Shown one piece after another: positions 1-13,211 of a DNA stretch of 64,000 nt (position 1 is the first letter of the stretch; every line of letters starts with the position of its first letter). The notes under the pieces were generated by a model, which was given only the letters and a program-made list of their open reading frames with translations, searched no databases and was not told the DNA's origin. The stretch covers positions 14,198,001 through 14,262,000 of the forward strand of contig NC_047062.1 in the NCBI RefSeq assembly GCF_902459465.1. The letters run 5' to 3'. The DNA comes from Asterias rubens. Lineage: Eukaryota. The position numbers and the translations under genes were made by a program.

Positions 1-167
1 TGAGTTTACTTTTTCTTTCACCTCTGTATTGAATACCATAAACGTTGGAAAATATGAGATAAGTGATGGTGCAGGTGACATGACCTCTTGACTTATGGGT
101 GTTAATGGCAAACAAGATTCAAATCAGAGCTCACATTAAAACTTATTTGTTTGTTTATTCCTTCTAG

Positions 168-1614
168 GAGCAGTTCAAGCCGGTTTTAGAAAAGGCAATT
201 GAAGATCACAGCCCTATTGTTTCCTTAGAAGGTAAGTCTGTCAATGAGTTGATGCGTCATAAAAACCTACAAAACGCCTGTGTGATGCGATTACAGTTCG
301 TGCCTAAACGCGTACGTATGAGGGTCCCAGTAATAGTGGAAAACACTGTTACAGGGTGGTTGGGTTTTAGTAGTGGTATCTTTCCTCACCATTCACCTTT
401 AAGACCCGGTTTGAATATATGTGGATTGGGTTTTCAGTCCCTACCTAACTGAGTTAATTTTCCCTGGGGTTTTCTTAAACTTAATTTTCCAATTGGTCTT
501 GCATCACATGCAATTTGGAAATTGAAAAAAAAAACATATCTTGCTTTCAAGAGTTTGAATGTACATACAAATTAAGTAGACGCTGGCATGTTTTAAATCT
601 TCTAATCAAGGTCCTCTGCTTTGCACACTTGCTCCAAGATATGGCATCTCAGAAGGTGTTCCATAGTTTGAGGCTCGGTGCCACAGATACAGGTTACATC
701 TTCAAAGATCCGGAAACCCCATCTCTTTAAGAGTTTTAAATTAATTAATTGTTTACTCTTTTGTTTCATCTTGCAGATGAGAACTCAATTACTACAAGGG
801 CATCCTCTGCCAGTACACAAATTTCTACATTGTCAAGGGTAAGAACTCGGCATCATTCATACAATCAATTATTTGTAAAATTAGGTAATGACCGTGACCC
901 GTGTCATAGAGCTGCCTAAAATAACAAATTTGCTCAATTATTGTCTGCTTAGCAAGAATGAAAATGATACCAGTCGCGGATGGTACATGGGACGTGTTAT
1001 TTAGCTGGTGACCATGGTTTTCTGTTAAGCAACATTTTGTTGTGTGCTTGTTAAGCAGCTCTATGAAATAGGGCCCAGTGACAATATTGCTGTTATTAAC
1101 AGTATGTGGAAACGATGGATTGTGAACTGTGGACTTCTCTAGTCTCACTTACATAGTATTTTGGGCACCGCTAGTAGTCAACCCTGGATCTTTTTCAAGA
1201 AATAATTAACTCATGCAGTTAATCCAAGTTCAATTTTGTTTTTCATTTAGAATACTTGTAAAAGTGGTATTCATGAATTTGTTGTTGCTCTAAACACACT
1301 TGTTGATTTGAAATTTTCAGCTATTGCCTGACCTAGGAGAAAAGTCAGACCGGCTTCAGGAGGCAGTAAACATCCACAACAGTTTAGCATCCAACAAAAC
1401 CTACCAGACTGTGACGAATCCTCAAAAGGCAGAGTCAAAGATGGAGACCTCGCTGGCATTCCTCAAGGCCAAGATCAAAGCCGACGAGACGCCCATGGCA
1501 CCCCTGCAAGATGCAGAGAAGGTTCTGAAACGCCAACGACTGACCGCTCAATTGAATGATCATCCCATCAAACGATATAAACCCAGTACAAGTAACAACG
1601 GTGAGAAAAGCTGA
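168..1614 (+). CDS. 3' end (last three coding exons) of an unidentified protein-coding gene that starts left of the window
   Basis: Exons 168-231, 777-838 and 1321-1614 have canonical AG/GT sites and compatible phases (0/1/0). They translate as EQFKPVLEKAIEDHSPIVSLE-DENSITTRASSASTQISTLSR-LLPDLGEKSDRLQEAVNIHNS...KRQRLTAQLNDHPIKRYKPSTSNNGEKS*. Family not recognised. Confidence 0.75.
366..495 (+). mobile_element. Degenerate SINE fragment (family also at about 48030-48225 and 53465-53680)
   Basis: The three sites share the body motif gtggattgggttttcagtccctac...ttttccctgg. Boundaries approximate. Confidence 0.45.
895..1078. mobile_element. MITE of the CWG-GGCCCAATTTCAT TIR family (other copies 19431-19619, 24982-25169, 26137-26383, 45806-46049)
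   Basis: Terminal inverted repeats resembling (c)agggcccaatttcatagagctgct ... agcagctctatgaaattgggccc(tg/ag) recur at five or more sites. Confidence 0.65.
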
Positions 1615-2369
1615 GATTCTACTCACACTGTGCCATGTAACCTTTGAAGTTATAATATATTTTGTATGTATGTAGGATCTGAAACTTTGCATGGTGGCAG
1701 TATTGTTAGGTGAGGGTTGGCAGCTACAGTAATGGCTATGGCCGTTGCTAAGGGTGTTGCTATGGCTGCCCTATACCTCAATGCATGATGACGCAGAAAT
1801 CTATCTGTAGCCCTTGCTGTAGCCACTAACTCGGACACCCCCCTCAATCTCACTTGAGTAGAAGACAATCCTGAAGATGTTCAGAGCATACTGGATTACA
1901 GATCAAAGCGTTGAGTTATCAATCAATGGTTCTTTTCAGAACCAACACCTTTCAAAAGAGATTTACAAATTATGCTAACATAAACCTCACCCAATTTTAC
2001 TTTTTGTATATGACCAACTACAACCTATCAACCTATATGATAATATAGCAGGCCTGATACTTTGTTGTTGTGAGGGCAAGGCAGTTTTTTTTATAGGGCA
2101 TCTCAATCAGGGAACTTCAGATTTCCACTTGAGCATTTCAAGGGGCACCAAGGCAATAACCAGTTGCATAGAAGCATTTACCTCTTTGAGGTATCCGTTA
2201 CATACAGATCAACAAAGTTATTCCATGAATTGACAGTAATAGTTTTACTCAACGGAGCTGTCAATTCTCCCTGCTTCTGCAGACAAATTCCTGGAAATAA
2301 ACCATCCTTCAATGTTCTGATGAACTTACTATTTTGCCGAATGAAATTCTAAATACCTCTCTGATTCAA

Positions 2370-2580
2370 TAGATATTAAATTTGCATTGGGTTAAAGAAA
2401 TATAAGGTTCAAACTGCCTCTAGCTACTGGGCAATCTCGGTGGTCTATTGGTAAGACATCTGCTCTAGATTGGCAAATGTTGTGGCTTCGAATCCCACCC
2501 AAGTACTATGCCCAAGATTTTTTGTTCACAGAATTCGGGAAAGTAATACACCTTTTACATACATCAGTGTAAATTTGAAA
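2370..2580 (+). mobile_element. tRNA-containing interspersed repeat (SINE/MITE composite family)
   Basis: Starts tagatattaaatttgcat, then a tRNA-like A box (tggtctattgg) and B box (ttcgaatccc). Homologous to copies at 9581, 25410 and 48820. Confidence 0.65.
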
Positions 2581-3901
2581 CCAACTAATATCTCTCAAAT
2601 TGCTTTGCAAAATTACCCTGATGCAAGATGCACAGTATTTTTGGTCTTCAATTTTAGGATTTACATGTATATTCATTCGTCCGCCCTGTATGTGGGTTTG
2701 GACCTTTTTGTACTGAATGTCTGTAAACAATTTATACTAAGATTATTATGGAATCAATTTATGTGTAGAGGGAACTAACACAATCTTTCTGATGATCCTT
2801 AAAGTATTCTCACACTTATAAACTGTGAAAATAAATGAAGTACAATTTTGTACAAGCCTACGGGCTTGTACACACAATAAGTTTTTTTTTTACTTAAAGT
2901 TTTGTTGTAAAGATACTTTACATTTTTAATTTGTAACATTACTGTAAATACGTTATCATCATTTCTTTTGTAATGATATGCATTTGTTTGTATTTTTTTT
3001 TATTCCTCACTACATTAAATAAAATATCATTGTGTACTTAAAACCCTTCTATGCTGAGCATTGGTTAAACATGTCACCACGACTTTGCAGTGTCCTTAAA
3101 AAAGGGACTGCTGGCCAAATGCCATTTAAAACACATTAGAACCAATCAAAATTCACTCCAAGACGTTCGGCTGGCTAAAAGCACCCCTATTTCATTTGAA
3201 ATATGGACACGTGAAAAAGCTGGTGGACTAATGAAATGGCAAACTAAATGGTCCTACTGCCCAGTCAATTTGGGCAAACCCTGTTTAGAGTTCACTTCCT
3301 GGAGACCTTGAACAAAATGCAAAACTTCACTCTGTTCCAGCATAAGTTCAAAACACACTTTGTTCACGCTTGCCTTCTCATCAATTTGAACGTACTTGTC
3401 ATTGCTTGTTGGTTGTTCCATGAGCGCTGTTTGCGGCGGATATCGGCGCTTAAAAAATGTCCATTATTATTATTATTATTATTAACTTATTTTCCTCTAA
3501 ACTGTTGCCTTGGAATGATTTACAGGAAAGTGCACTTAACAAACGCTGTATTAATTTTATGGTTAAAAAGCATTGTTTAAAAATCTTCAGTTTAGTTCTT
3601 AACAGCATTTTCAGCAAAGTGCAGTTTAATTATATCCATACTTGTGTACCTGTTATCTGGTATTGTTAAAGGTTTTAAACTATTATAAATTAAGTTATCA
3701 TAGTTTTTCATTTAGTTGCAATTCTTCTTATTGCGAGGATTGCAGAACACAATGTAAAACTGTTTTATCCAGTCTTTTTCTGTTGACTCGCTTGCTACAA
3801 AGTTTATTGTGTAGCTGTGGCGGAATTGTTTGTGCACAGAAACAAATATTCCCAATACTCCTATGTTCAACAACTGGGCCCAGTTTCATAGAGGTGCTTA
3901 A

Positions 3902-4266
3902 AGCCATTATACACTTTCGGTAAACAGTATTGTCCAAGTCCCACACTTCGTGTATCACAACTTATATATAAAATAACAATCCTGTGGAAATTTAGGCTCA
4001 ATCGGACATCGGAGTCGGGAGAAAATAACGGGAAAACCCACTCCTGTTTTTGCGCGTTTCGCGGTGTCATGAAATGTGTTTATAACAAATCCGTAATTCT
4101 CATTAACGAGAATTTATATTGTTTTACCGTTTTCTCAAAAAGTAAAGCATTTCATGGACTAATATTTCAAGAGAAGTCTTTCACCATTACCTTCTGTAAA
4201 CCCTGTAAATTATTTGTAAATCTGTGAACTTTTTTTTTTTTTCTGTACCGAAAGGGTCTAATGGCT
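3902..4266. mobile_element. Kolobok-like non-autonomous DNA transposon
   Basis: ttaa|agccattatacactttcggta ... taccgaaagggtctaatggct|taaa: imperfect TIRs, AG..CT termini and TTAA-like flanks. Confidence 0.6.
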
Positions 4267-5799
4267 TAAAGCACAACAAGTAGCTTAGCCCAACACAATT
4301 ATGCTTACTACAATATGTTTACCAGCCAAAGTGGCATTTCTCCTGTACAATATATGACTGATATCCTGCTCATTTGTGTATAGCAGAAGATTTTAAAGCA
4401 AAATTTTCTGCTTAAGCCTGCTGGTAACTACCTCATTTTATGTTGTAATATTGCAATGTTAAGTTGTAATATTGCAATGTTAAGTTGTTATATAGCAAAA
4501 TATTTGACATTAAAATCAACCTTGCAATGTAAGCTTTCTTAATTGTGTTGACTTTGAGCCACCGAGTGGCTCACAGGACGCGGTAGTGAAAGAATTAAAT
4601 TATAAGTATTAACAAAAACATCCAATTTGAAACACATGTGCTATGGTCTCTGTAAGACACTGCTGGTGCTTGTGCATTGGTTATGCATTTTTCATATTTT
4701 GTCTTCATGTTTTTTTCCACAAAATGCTTCTGGGAAGCAATTTTTGTAGGGTATGATTGAGGTTTTGTACATGTATGTTTCTATAATCGTTTCAGGGACC
4801 GTAGTGAGACAAATTTTGGCAGATAGTTCAAACAGAAAATATATAATTATAACAAACTACAAAGTGTACCTTTTTGCTGCATCAAAGGGCATGTACACAC
4901 GAGTTTTACAGACTCATCCATTGTATTGAACATAGTAACACTCCTGCATTTAACTTTTTTCTCACTTTGGCATCGATCAGTAGTTATTAAATCATGGATC
5001 AGAGTAGAAATAACAACGTATGTAGATGTATACCCCTTGCACAATACAAACTGCACCTCCACACAGTAATGCATGTACAATTTGCCGTTTAAGGAGTTGA
5101 TTCCTTTGCATTCATTTTGCCTAACAAAATGGCAGACTTGATATAGGCAGGTGCAAGTGAAATGGGTCATTAAAGCCTTTTCACTGAAAACACCTTACCA
5201 TAGAATTTTTATGTGCAAGACCGTCGTCTGAGAAGGCTCATGTAGGTACAAGTTAATACAAACATATAAGATTTAACCAACAAGATTAAATAATTCTAGC
5301 ACCCTGAAAATTAAGAGAAGTTATGCATACATTGTATAAGGCAAAGAAAGTGTGCATTGCTGTGATGATTAACGTACATTGTACAGTGTCATGAAATACA
5401 TTGTGTAACATTTGTGCAGGTTAAAAGCTATGCAAAATAAAAACTAAAACAAAGAAACCTGTTTCAATTGTACATCTGTAAATAATTGTACATCGATTGA
5501 TGCTCTATTTATTTGTATTCAAGTTTAGTCTATACAAGAAGTAATGTACAAGTAATCCTTTTTACTGAAAAGTGGGGAAAGAGCTACATACAAGTATAAA
5601 TGAGGCATACTTGTAGGTTTTTTTAAAGTTTAATTCTAGAAAAACTAAAACAAGACTATACAAGACCTCCATTAAAAAATTCCTTAACATTAGGATAATC
5701 CATGCTAAACTTTTGATTATAGTAAATGATTTTGCTCTATCCAAATCCCTCAACCAAAGGTGCTTGGGTAAGCTGATGTAAGAGATTTTAAATTTGCAT

Positions 5800-6347
5800 C
5801 AGGGATAAAAGTACAGTTTCGCTATTCCTATTGGTGGAGAGCGCGTCACGTGGGTGTGTATAAACCTTTTGTTTATGACCAGTAAAAAGTGTTGAAACAT
5901 GGGCGTGACACACGAGCTTGCACCTGTTTATATAAGACAGTTTCTTCATTCCTATTGGTCGAGAGCAACGGCTGAAACAGTTGTGCCACATCACGTGATA
6001 CGCGCAACGCGCACAGCATTCCTTTATAAGAAGTTGTTTACCCAAGGGCGACAAAGGGCTTTACCATTTCATAGCTGGAGGGGTGTTGTGTTGAAAGAAA
6101 TCATTGAACAATTATAATTTTTGCATTTATTTTACTTTTTGACCAAAACGTGTTGATGTTTTTGACCAAAAAGGTATTTATGAATGGGAATCAAAGTGTG
6201 TTGAATCAGTTTTCAACTAGTGGTTTAAACCCGCCGAGGCCTGGTCTTGATAATTTACCTCGACTTCGTCTCGGTAAAACTATCAAGAACCAGGCCTCGT
6301 TGGATTAAACCACTAGTTGAAAACCTCTTCACCACACATTGATTCCC
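5800..6347. mobile_element. Non-autonomous element ending in a ~160-bp near-perfect palindrome (hairpin 6186-6347); second hairpin copy at 12671-12815
   Basis: Arms gttttcaactagtggtttaa..gaggcctggttcttgata / tatcaagaaccaggcctcg..taaaccactagttgaaaac surround a central cctcgacttcgtctcgg. Left boundary approximate. Confidence 0.6.
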
Positions 6348-6349
6348 TT

Positions 6350-6560
6350 AGTAATTTTGGTTTTACCCAATGTGTGTTGGCACTGTATAAACAGTACTTT
6401 CCCGAGTTCTGCAAACAAAATCACAGGCATTACACGGGTGGGATTTTGAACCCAAGACCTTTGCAATTCTAGAGCAGTGTCTTACCAACTAGACCATCGA
6501 GATTGCCCGATAGCTAGAGGCAGTTGGAATCCTATCTGTTAGCAGCTGGTACTGCTATGA
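6350..6560 (-). mobile_element. tRNA-containing interspersed repeat, reverse orientation
   Basis: Reverse complement of the 9660-9870 copy (gtactttcccgagttctg...gggtgggattttgaaccc...gtcttaccaactagac). Confidence 0.65.
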
Positions 6561-7922
6561 TGGGCACCTCTTGCTGTTCATGAATTATTTGACCTCTATC
6601 AATAATAATGTAGCTCTAGGGTGTAGTTCCATTCCAAATAATTATGTTGTAATTTGTTTACATTTTACTAAAATTATTGCTTGATCACAACATTAATAAT
6701 TCACCTTAATAGTTTATTCTTCTGGCAACTTTGGTTTAAAAAGAGGGCTACATTATCACATCGTGTGTAAAGTACATTGAGCCTATCAATCCCATCATAC
6801 TTCACTACATCCTGAACAAGAATGTGTACAAGCTTATCATCCCATCGAAGTGGTCTTAAAATGAGACCAGTGGTGGCAAAGCGAAATAAATAATGAGATC
6901 TCCCGATAACCATGTTCACCATGGGTCCTAAATATTTTGAGCCCAAAGGGGTTTCCATAAGAAAAAGATGATGTCGATAGTTTATAGGAGAAAAATTTTC
7001 AGAATTGTCTTGATCACATTGTTCAAAACTTAAAGCCATTTGAGCCCTTTACTGGACTCTTCAGAACAAACTAGCTAGTAGACCTCTATCATGCCTCCTC
7101 TATCTTGTTCTTGTTCCTCGTATCGGATTACAATAATGACCGTAATAATCATTTGGGGAATAGGAACCAGACCATTTGGTTCTTCCACCCTCGGTTTGGT
7201 AACATTGATGTCAATGGCAGAAATTCAAGATGGCTGCACCATGATAAAGGTATATTGTGTGCTTTCGCTAAATGACCATCCTCCTACTAGGTGTTGGAAT
7301 AAACAACACGGGACATGAGAACTGTTACAAGGGGAAAACTATGCAGCCTGATAGTAATGGTTCACAGTATGTCACTTATAGTTTACTGCATACCAGTGAT
7401 ATTGCTCTTCCTTCCTCCATGCTATTAACAGGTATTCAACTAGTAAAACAAAAAGTTGCCTGGTACAGCAAGTCTTTGTTCAGTTATCAATGGCTACCAT
7501 CAATGGCTTACATCCGAAAACCCAAAATGAGGCAATCAGCTGACCAGCTGAAAAAATGTTGGCCTTTATACGGCATCATCAATGTTATAAGAAGAGGTTT
7601 TGCAAGATGGAACTGTGTCATTATCACGCTAGATTATACGTTTTGTTGAAAAGTGAGATAATCAATTTGTGGGAGACACAATTAAAAAACGTCACTAAAA
7701 AGCTGTATTTCGAGACTGGAAAAGATAGTCTGTCAAGACTGGAACATTTGAAACAATAACTAAGGAGTTCAAAGGTGACAAACAGTTTCGCGCAAACCAG
7801 TACGTTTTTTGTGCGCAACTTGAAGATACCTGTCAGACAGAAGTTGACCTGGTAGAATCTAGTTGGATACCTACAGTGCACTCACAACCTTCATTCACAA
7901 CTCTAACACAATATCCCTTGCG

Positions 7923-10900
7923 TCACATCGTGGAATTCAGAAAGTTCAGCAGGTCTTGTCTGTTAAGGTCACGCTGGAATTTAATCACAATTTAAAAATT
8001 TAATTATCCCACTCCAAATAATTAATTCAATTCAACTCAGTTTATGGTCCTACCATGGAGGAAAATGTCCTCGCATACAAGTACTTTACACACAAAATTG
8101 CACACAAACAAAAATATACTGATTATAAATGAGATAAATTTTTGATGTAATTCTTGCAGACCTTTCGTAACATTATAAGCCTGACTTCCTCACCTCTTTG
8201 TCCTTGCTGGTTTTTTTCACTTTCATCTGGATCTTCTTGCCCGAGATGATGCTTCGCTTTTCCTCTTTAGTTTTCTCCTTAATAAACTGAAAGATAAATG
8301 TAAACATGAGTTTCAAACATCCTTATGTTTCCCTCCTCACCATCTCAAATAATTAGATTTCATTTTAATATTAATGTCCATCTATCTTATGCTTACATCT
8401 ATCTTATATTTACTATCTTATATTTACTTTAAATATATACATTTGTTAATTACAGAAGAGTATATTCACTGATGGTTTGTTCAAATTTTAATAAACATTG
8501 TAATTCAGTTTCAAAGAATTAACATCCAAATACTAAATACTGTATTTAATTTACATATATCTTTTGTTGGATATACTATTTAGTAAATATATTTACATAT
8601 ATCTTTTGATTGATATATTATATGGGTTACAATTGTATTGAAGCGTCAGTGCAACAATGTCGTATCTTGATTGTGCAACGTCGTATCTCACACAAAAAAC
8701 GCTCTGTGCAAAAACATTGTTTCTCGGCATTGGTGCGTATATCAAAGTTTTAAGCCAAATACAATATTTTTTCACACTTTCAAACTTGGGTGTAAAGAAA
8801 TGCTATTGTAGGAGATTCAATGTTGTTGTACTGATACACAATATTGAATGTCAGTCAGTTGAGTCAGAGATTTGTTCCTCTGCAGAAGTAAAAAGCTTGG
8901 GAATGATTACTTATGGTTTATTAAAATACTGCAATACAGTGGCTAAAAGCCGAAATGTACAGGTTACAAAAAAACAGTCAGGAAATCATTTACATATATT
9001 ACATAAAAAGAATGAAATATCAAATAGTTGTTAAAAGAAACATATCAACACATGCAAACAATTCAAATACATTGATTAGCTTGCAAGCAAAGAGAGGGGA
9101 AGAAATCAAGTTATTATTCAATAATAAGTAATAGAAATATGCAAGTATTTACATAGCATCTTTAAAATGGTTAAAAACAACATCACAAAGCACTGTACAC
9201 GCAAAAAACAAAATGGTCGTACTAAAACAGTTTTATACAATAAAAGTCAAATATAAAAGAAACAATAAAATGACAATTGGGTAAACATTACATGTACATG
9301 TCAATTAAAAGTGCATTATGTGAGCAATTACACATCAAAACATGAGATTCAGCAATAAATGTTTATGAAGGAAATGCAAATTTCAAAAAGAAAGAATCGC
9401 TCAATTTGATAAATTACCAGCCGTCGATTTCACCAAACTATTTCTAACTCAGGATTAATCTTAGGACGAGTTCAGTTCCGTATTCATAGACATTAGTACG
9501 CATTGAACCCATGCTAAGTTAGGACATAGGATTAATCCTAGCCTTACGTGAAATCGGCTGCAAGAAACCATACCTTATAGTAGATGTTAAACTTGCATAT
9601 GGGATAAAGAATATTAATTTCTTAAAGAAAATTAATATTCTTTATCCCCGATATCGCTGCGGTACCCGCTGCCAAAACATAGGATTCGAACTGCCTCTAG
9701 CTACCGGGCAACCTCGGTAGTCTAGTTGGTAAGACACTGCTCTAAATGCAAGGGTCGTGAGTTCGAATCCCACCTGAGTAACATGCCTGTGATATTTTTT
9801 CACAGAACTCGGGAAAGTACTGAGTATACAGTGCTTACACACATCGGTGTATGGGTAAAAACCAAAATATAAACCATACCTTGGAAAGTTGAATAGGCCC
9901 TGACGGCTTTTCCTCAGTCTTCTTCTTTTTACTCTTTGACTTCCTTTTGTGATTCTTCAAGAAATGAGAAAGACAAACATGATCAATCACTGACCCACCT
10001 ACACTTTGACCATCCAGCACATTAGGCCTTTTCACACTATCGACCTTCTATCTGGTCGAACCTTATCCGGATAGGGTCCGTGTTGGTTTGGTAAAATTTC
10101 AACACGGATACAAACAGCTTCACTTTCACACTAGCTCTGCAGGAAATCAGCTTTTTGGTTACATGTGTAACTTTCAATCCGGATATTATCCTACCGTTTC
10201 ACACTGCAAAATCTTACACGGATCGAAGCTACTTTTTATGTACGCATCGCCTTTTGTACGCGCTGGACAACAGTAGTGTGCGCAGATGGCGCCACGCACA
10301 CTCAACACGGATCGAAAATTAACCCGGAGGTGTTCACACTACGGTTTTAGAGATTTATAAACCCACCTCCCGGGCAGGGTTGGTTTCGACACGGATAAAG
10401 TGCCATATCTAGATCGACACCGTGTTGAAAAGTTGTAGTGTGAAAAGGTCAGTGCACATTATCCGTTTGTATCCGTGTCCAACACAGAGATATTTTGTAG
10501 TGTGAAAAGGCCTTATATTTACATGGTTCACAAGGATAGATGCATTAAATGCAGTATACAAAATGATACCATGAATGATTTGGTAAAGACACCTACACAA
10601 CACATACAGTTTTGTGTACAATTGTTACAATATTAATGATACTGCAATAGGAAGGCACATTGTGAGGAAACTCCTTGGACAAGAATTTAACTATTCTAGG
10701 ATGCATACCTTGTGCCTCTTTTTGGATTTGGACTCCTTCCGCCGCTTCTTTTTTTTATGTTTCTTTCTCTCTATAGGATTAGGATACAAAGATCAAATTA
10801 AGATTATACTTCTGTAATTATTTGAAAGTATTAAAAAAGTTTAACAGCATGTTTAATTGTGTAAAGTTAGAAACAGGTAAGTAAATAAACAAATGAAACA

Positions 10901-13041
10901 TCACACTAACAGAGCATCTGCCCATAAAAAAAAGACAAATTTAAAACTTTTAAAAACACTTTTAAGAATACACTTTACAGTTTTGAAATTTAATTCCAAA
11001 AATAAGTGAATAAACCTGGGGAGAAACAAAACAAAACAGATTTTACACTTTGTTTTACCATCAAGTATACCATGTACAGTTGATTCTTATCTTAAAGCAA
11101 AGTCTGATCGTCTCAAGAAACATGCCAATAGTAGGAGGAATATTCATTTTGGTTTTACCCATATACACCGATGTTTGTTAGCACTGTTACAGTTGCCTCA
11201 GGAGCCTGTAAACTCAGTACATTCCCAAAGTTGTGAGAAAAAATCACAGGCCTTGCTACTTGGGTTGGATTTGAACCCACGACCTTTGCAATTTAACTAA
11301 CGTACCTCTACTTGATGAACTGGAACTACTTGAGGATGAAGAAGAGTCATGACTTGAGGAGGATGACGAGGAGGCTGAGGAGGAGGAACTGGAGGATGAA
11401 TGACGTCTTTTATGTTTCTTCCGATGTCTGTCCCTCCCCCTGCCCGATGACGATAAGCTGCTGCTGCTTGGAGATCGACTTCTTCGTCGTCTCTGGCTGT
11501 GAGATGATTCGTCACGTCTAGTTCTAGATTGAGAAGGCTCAGGGTTGCGCTTTATTCTGACATGGTCCCGGTTCCGGTCAACTCTGCTGCTGTGTGAACG
11601 TGAGGAAACTGAAGATGAAGAACTTGAATGCCTCCTTCGGCGTGACTCCCTCTTGGGTGATGAACCTGCTCAGACAAATTGAATAACCGTTATTATTCCA
11701 GTTACTTAGTATAGAAATAAATATATAACTAGCATTTTTAATAACTCTTGATATAAATAATGTATTTTCTCTTCACTTTTTCATATCTACTGCATGAATA
11801 TGATATTTCTTAAAAAATACTTCATCAAGCACATTAGTCATAATTGTTCATGACTTTCACAGTTTATTTGCTTTGCAGTGTGCCAAGATATACATGTAGT
11901 TGCAATAACGTAACCCCTCTCGCCCCTCCTCTAGTTATACAAGGCCAGGTTATTGGACCTAGAAACGGAACCAGCTAGGACGCGGCCAGGACATTCCATT
12001 GTGTAGCGTGCACCTTCCGTGCAACACTTCCCTCCAACCTGAAAAAGGGGGACATTGACAAAGGGTAGTGGAATCACAGTTGTGATAACGTAACCCTCCT
12101 CCGACCCCGGGGACGGCGAAGCCTCGCCATCGGGATGGATGAGGGTTACGTTATCGCAACTAGTGCAATGCAAGCTCTAAATACCCCCATATCTCCACTC
12201 TTATCATCTTAAAACTACACAAGTCACAAGGTAAGGTTCAGTCTGCTATCGTTCATCATGTTCCTGCATGGGAGACGTTATACTCATCGTTTGTTGAGAT
12301 TGATACTAATTTCTAAATGAATTGGTAGCAGAATAAACTGCTAAAATTCTAGGACTAGAGGAGTACCCCCAGGCCTACTTCTAGAAACTATAAGGCTCCC
12401 CTGTGAGCCTTATAGGGGTCACATATTTAGGGCTTTTTTAACGCTACACGTTTTTCAAATCAGCGTTTGATGGGTGAAAGTTTTGCGACCGTAGGCCAGC
12501 CAGAACTGAAGTTTCCTGTGTACTGTACACCTAAAGCATTCCCCATCCTACTCAATATACTTTCATAATGCTTGTATTTCCCTTTTGTTGAGTTACGTTC
12601 AATAATTTCTTCACAAAAAGCAATTTTTTACTCGGTACTCACTTTTTTTTCCTGCCGCATCGCACGACTAGTTTTCAACTAGTGGTTTAAACCTGCCGAG
12701 GCCTGGTTCTTGATAATTTATCTTGACTTCGTCTCGGTAAAATTATCAAGAACCAGGCCTCGCTGGGATTATAAACCACTAGTTGAAAACCTCTTCACCA
12801 CACATTGATTCCCTTCCTTAATATTATAGTTATTGATTTTTTATTTTTGTTAAAAATTTTAGGGCTTATTTTATTATGCCTCCTCCAATCCTCCATGCCC
12901 CCACTAGGCATGACAAACCTATACATGCAAAAAGCAATTTGCAACCTATAATATTAATCCGAGCCAAGTGTTAATGGCAAAAACTACAAGTAGATGGTTT
13001 TAAAACAAAACTTTTACATAGTTACCTCTCTCACCACCCAT
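7923..13041 (-). CDS. Ser/Arg/Lys-rich low-complexity nuclear protein, 218 aa, 6 coding exons (RS-like; family not confidently named)
   Basis: Exons 13041-13026, 11665-11306, 10770-10709, 9954-9880, 8286-8194 and 7973-7923 are all GT-AG, phase-consistent, 657 nt in total. Protein MGGERGSSPKRESRRRRHSSS...RSRSPSSS...KKHKKKKRRK...GPIQLSKFIKEKTKEEKRSIISGKKIQMKVKKTSKDKERDLNRQDLLNFLNSTM*. Confidence 0.85.
9418..9560. mobile_element. Short MITE with cagccgtcgatttcac TIR (related copy 27501-27673)
   Basis: TIRs cagccgtcgatttcac / gtgaaatcggctg and a shared internal ttaggacgagt motif. Confidence 0.6.
9581..9870 (+). mobile_element. Best-preserved copy of the tRNA-containing composite repeat
   Basis: Terminus tagatgttaaacttgcat, internal hairpin gggataaagaatattaat..attaatattctttatcccc, A box tagtctagttgg, B box gttcgaatccc, tail aaagtactgagtatacagtgct. 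Confidence 0.7.
10025..10512. mobile_element. PIF/Harbinger-type MITE
   Basis: TIR ggccttttcacacta / tagtgtgaaaaggcc with an exact 3-bp TTA target-site duplication (10022-10024 and 10513-10515). Confidence 0.8.
11899..12160. mobile_element. TA-flanked MITE (Tc1/mariner-like)
   Basis: ta|gttgcaataacgtaaccc ... gggttacgttatcgcaac|ta. Confidence 0.65.
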
Positions 13042-13197
13042 TGCTTCGTTTGATGATTTCACGAGAGAGCAGCAACATTTTAACAACATGGACGTGAGCC
13101 CTCTACTGACAAACGTGTGTCCAACCCCTTCGTCGATAAACGTCTCAGCGTAGTGGAAGACTAGCAGAGTGCTGCGCGTCCAGATTTGACCTTTACC

Positions 13198-13211
13198 TTC
13201 GTCATGGCAAC
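13198..13211. promoter_or_regulatory. RFX X-box-like motif in the divergent promoter between the RS-rich gene and TEX43
   Basis: ttcgtcatggcaac has a perfect right half-site (ATGGCAAC) of the X-box GTTRCCATGGYAAC and lies ~180 bp upstream of the ATG of a flagellar gene. Confidence 0.5.

Noticed and set aside
6700-7900. Cluster of 60-125 aa ORFs on both strands (6701-7039, 7091-7318, 7272-7649, 7624-7881)
   Set aside because: Frequent stops in all frames, no recognisable motif and no coherent splice structure. The region lies directly downstream of the RS-gene stop and is probably 3' UTR or decayed sequence.
9700-9780. Possible tRNA genes at the tRNA-like heads (also 2430, 21744, 25450, 36710)
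   Set aside because: A and B boxes are present, but the acceptor and anticodon stems do not pair properly and each head is fused to a repeated SINE/MITE body. These are repeats, not tRNA genes.
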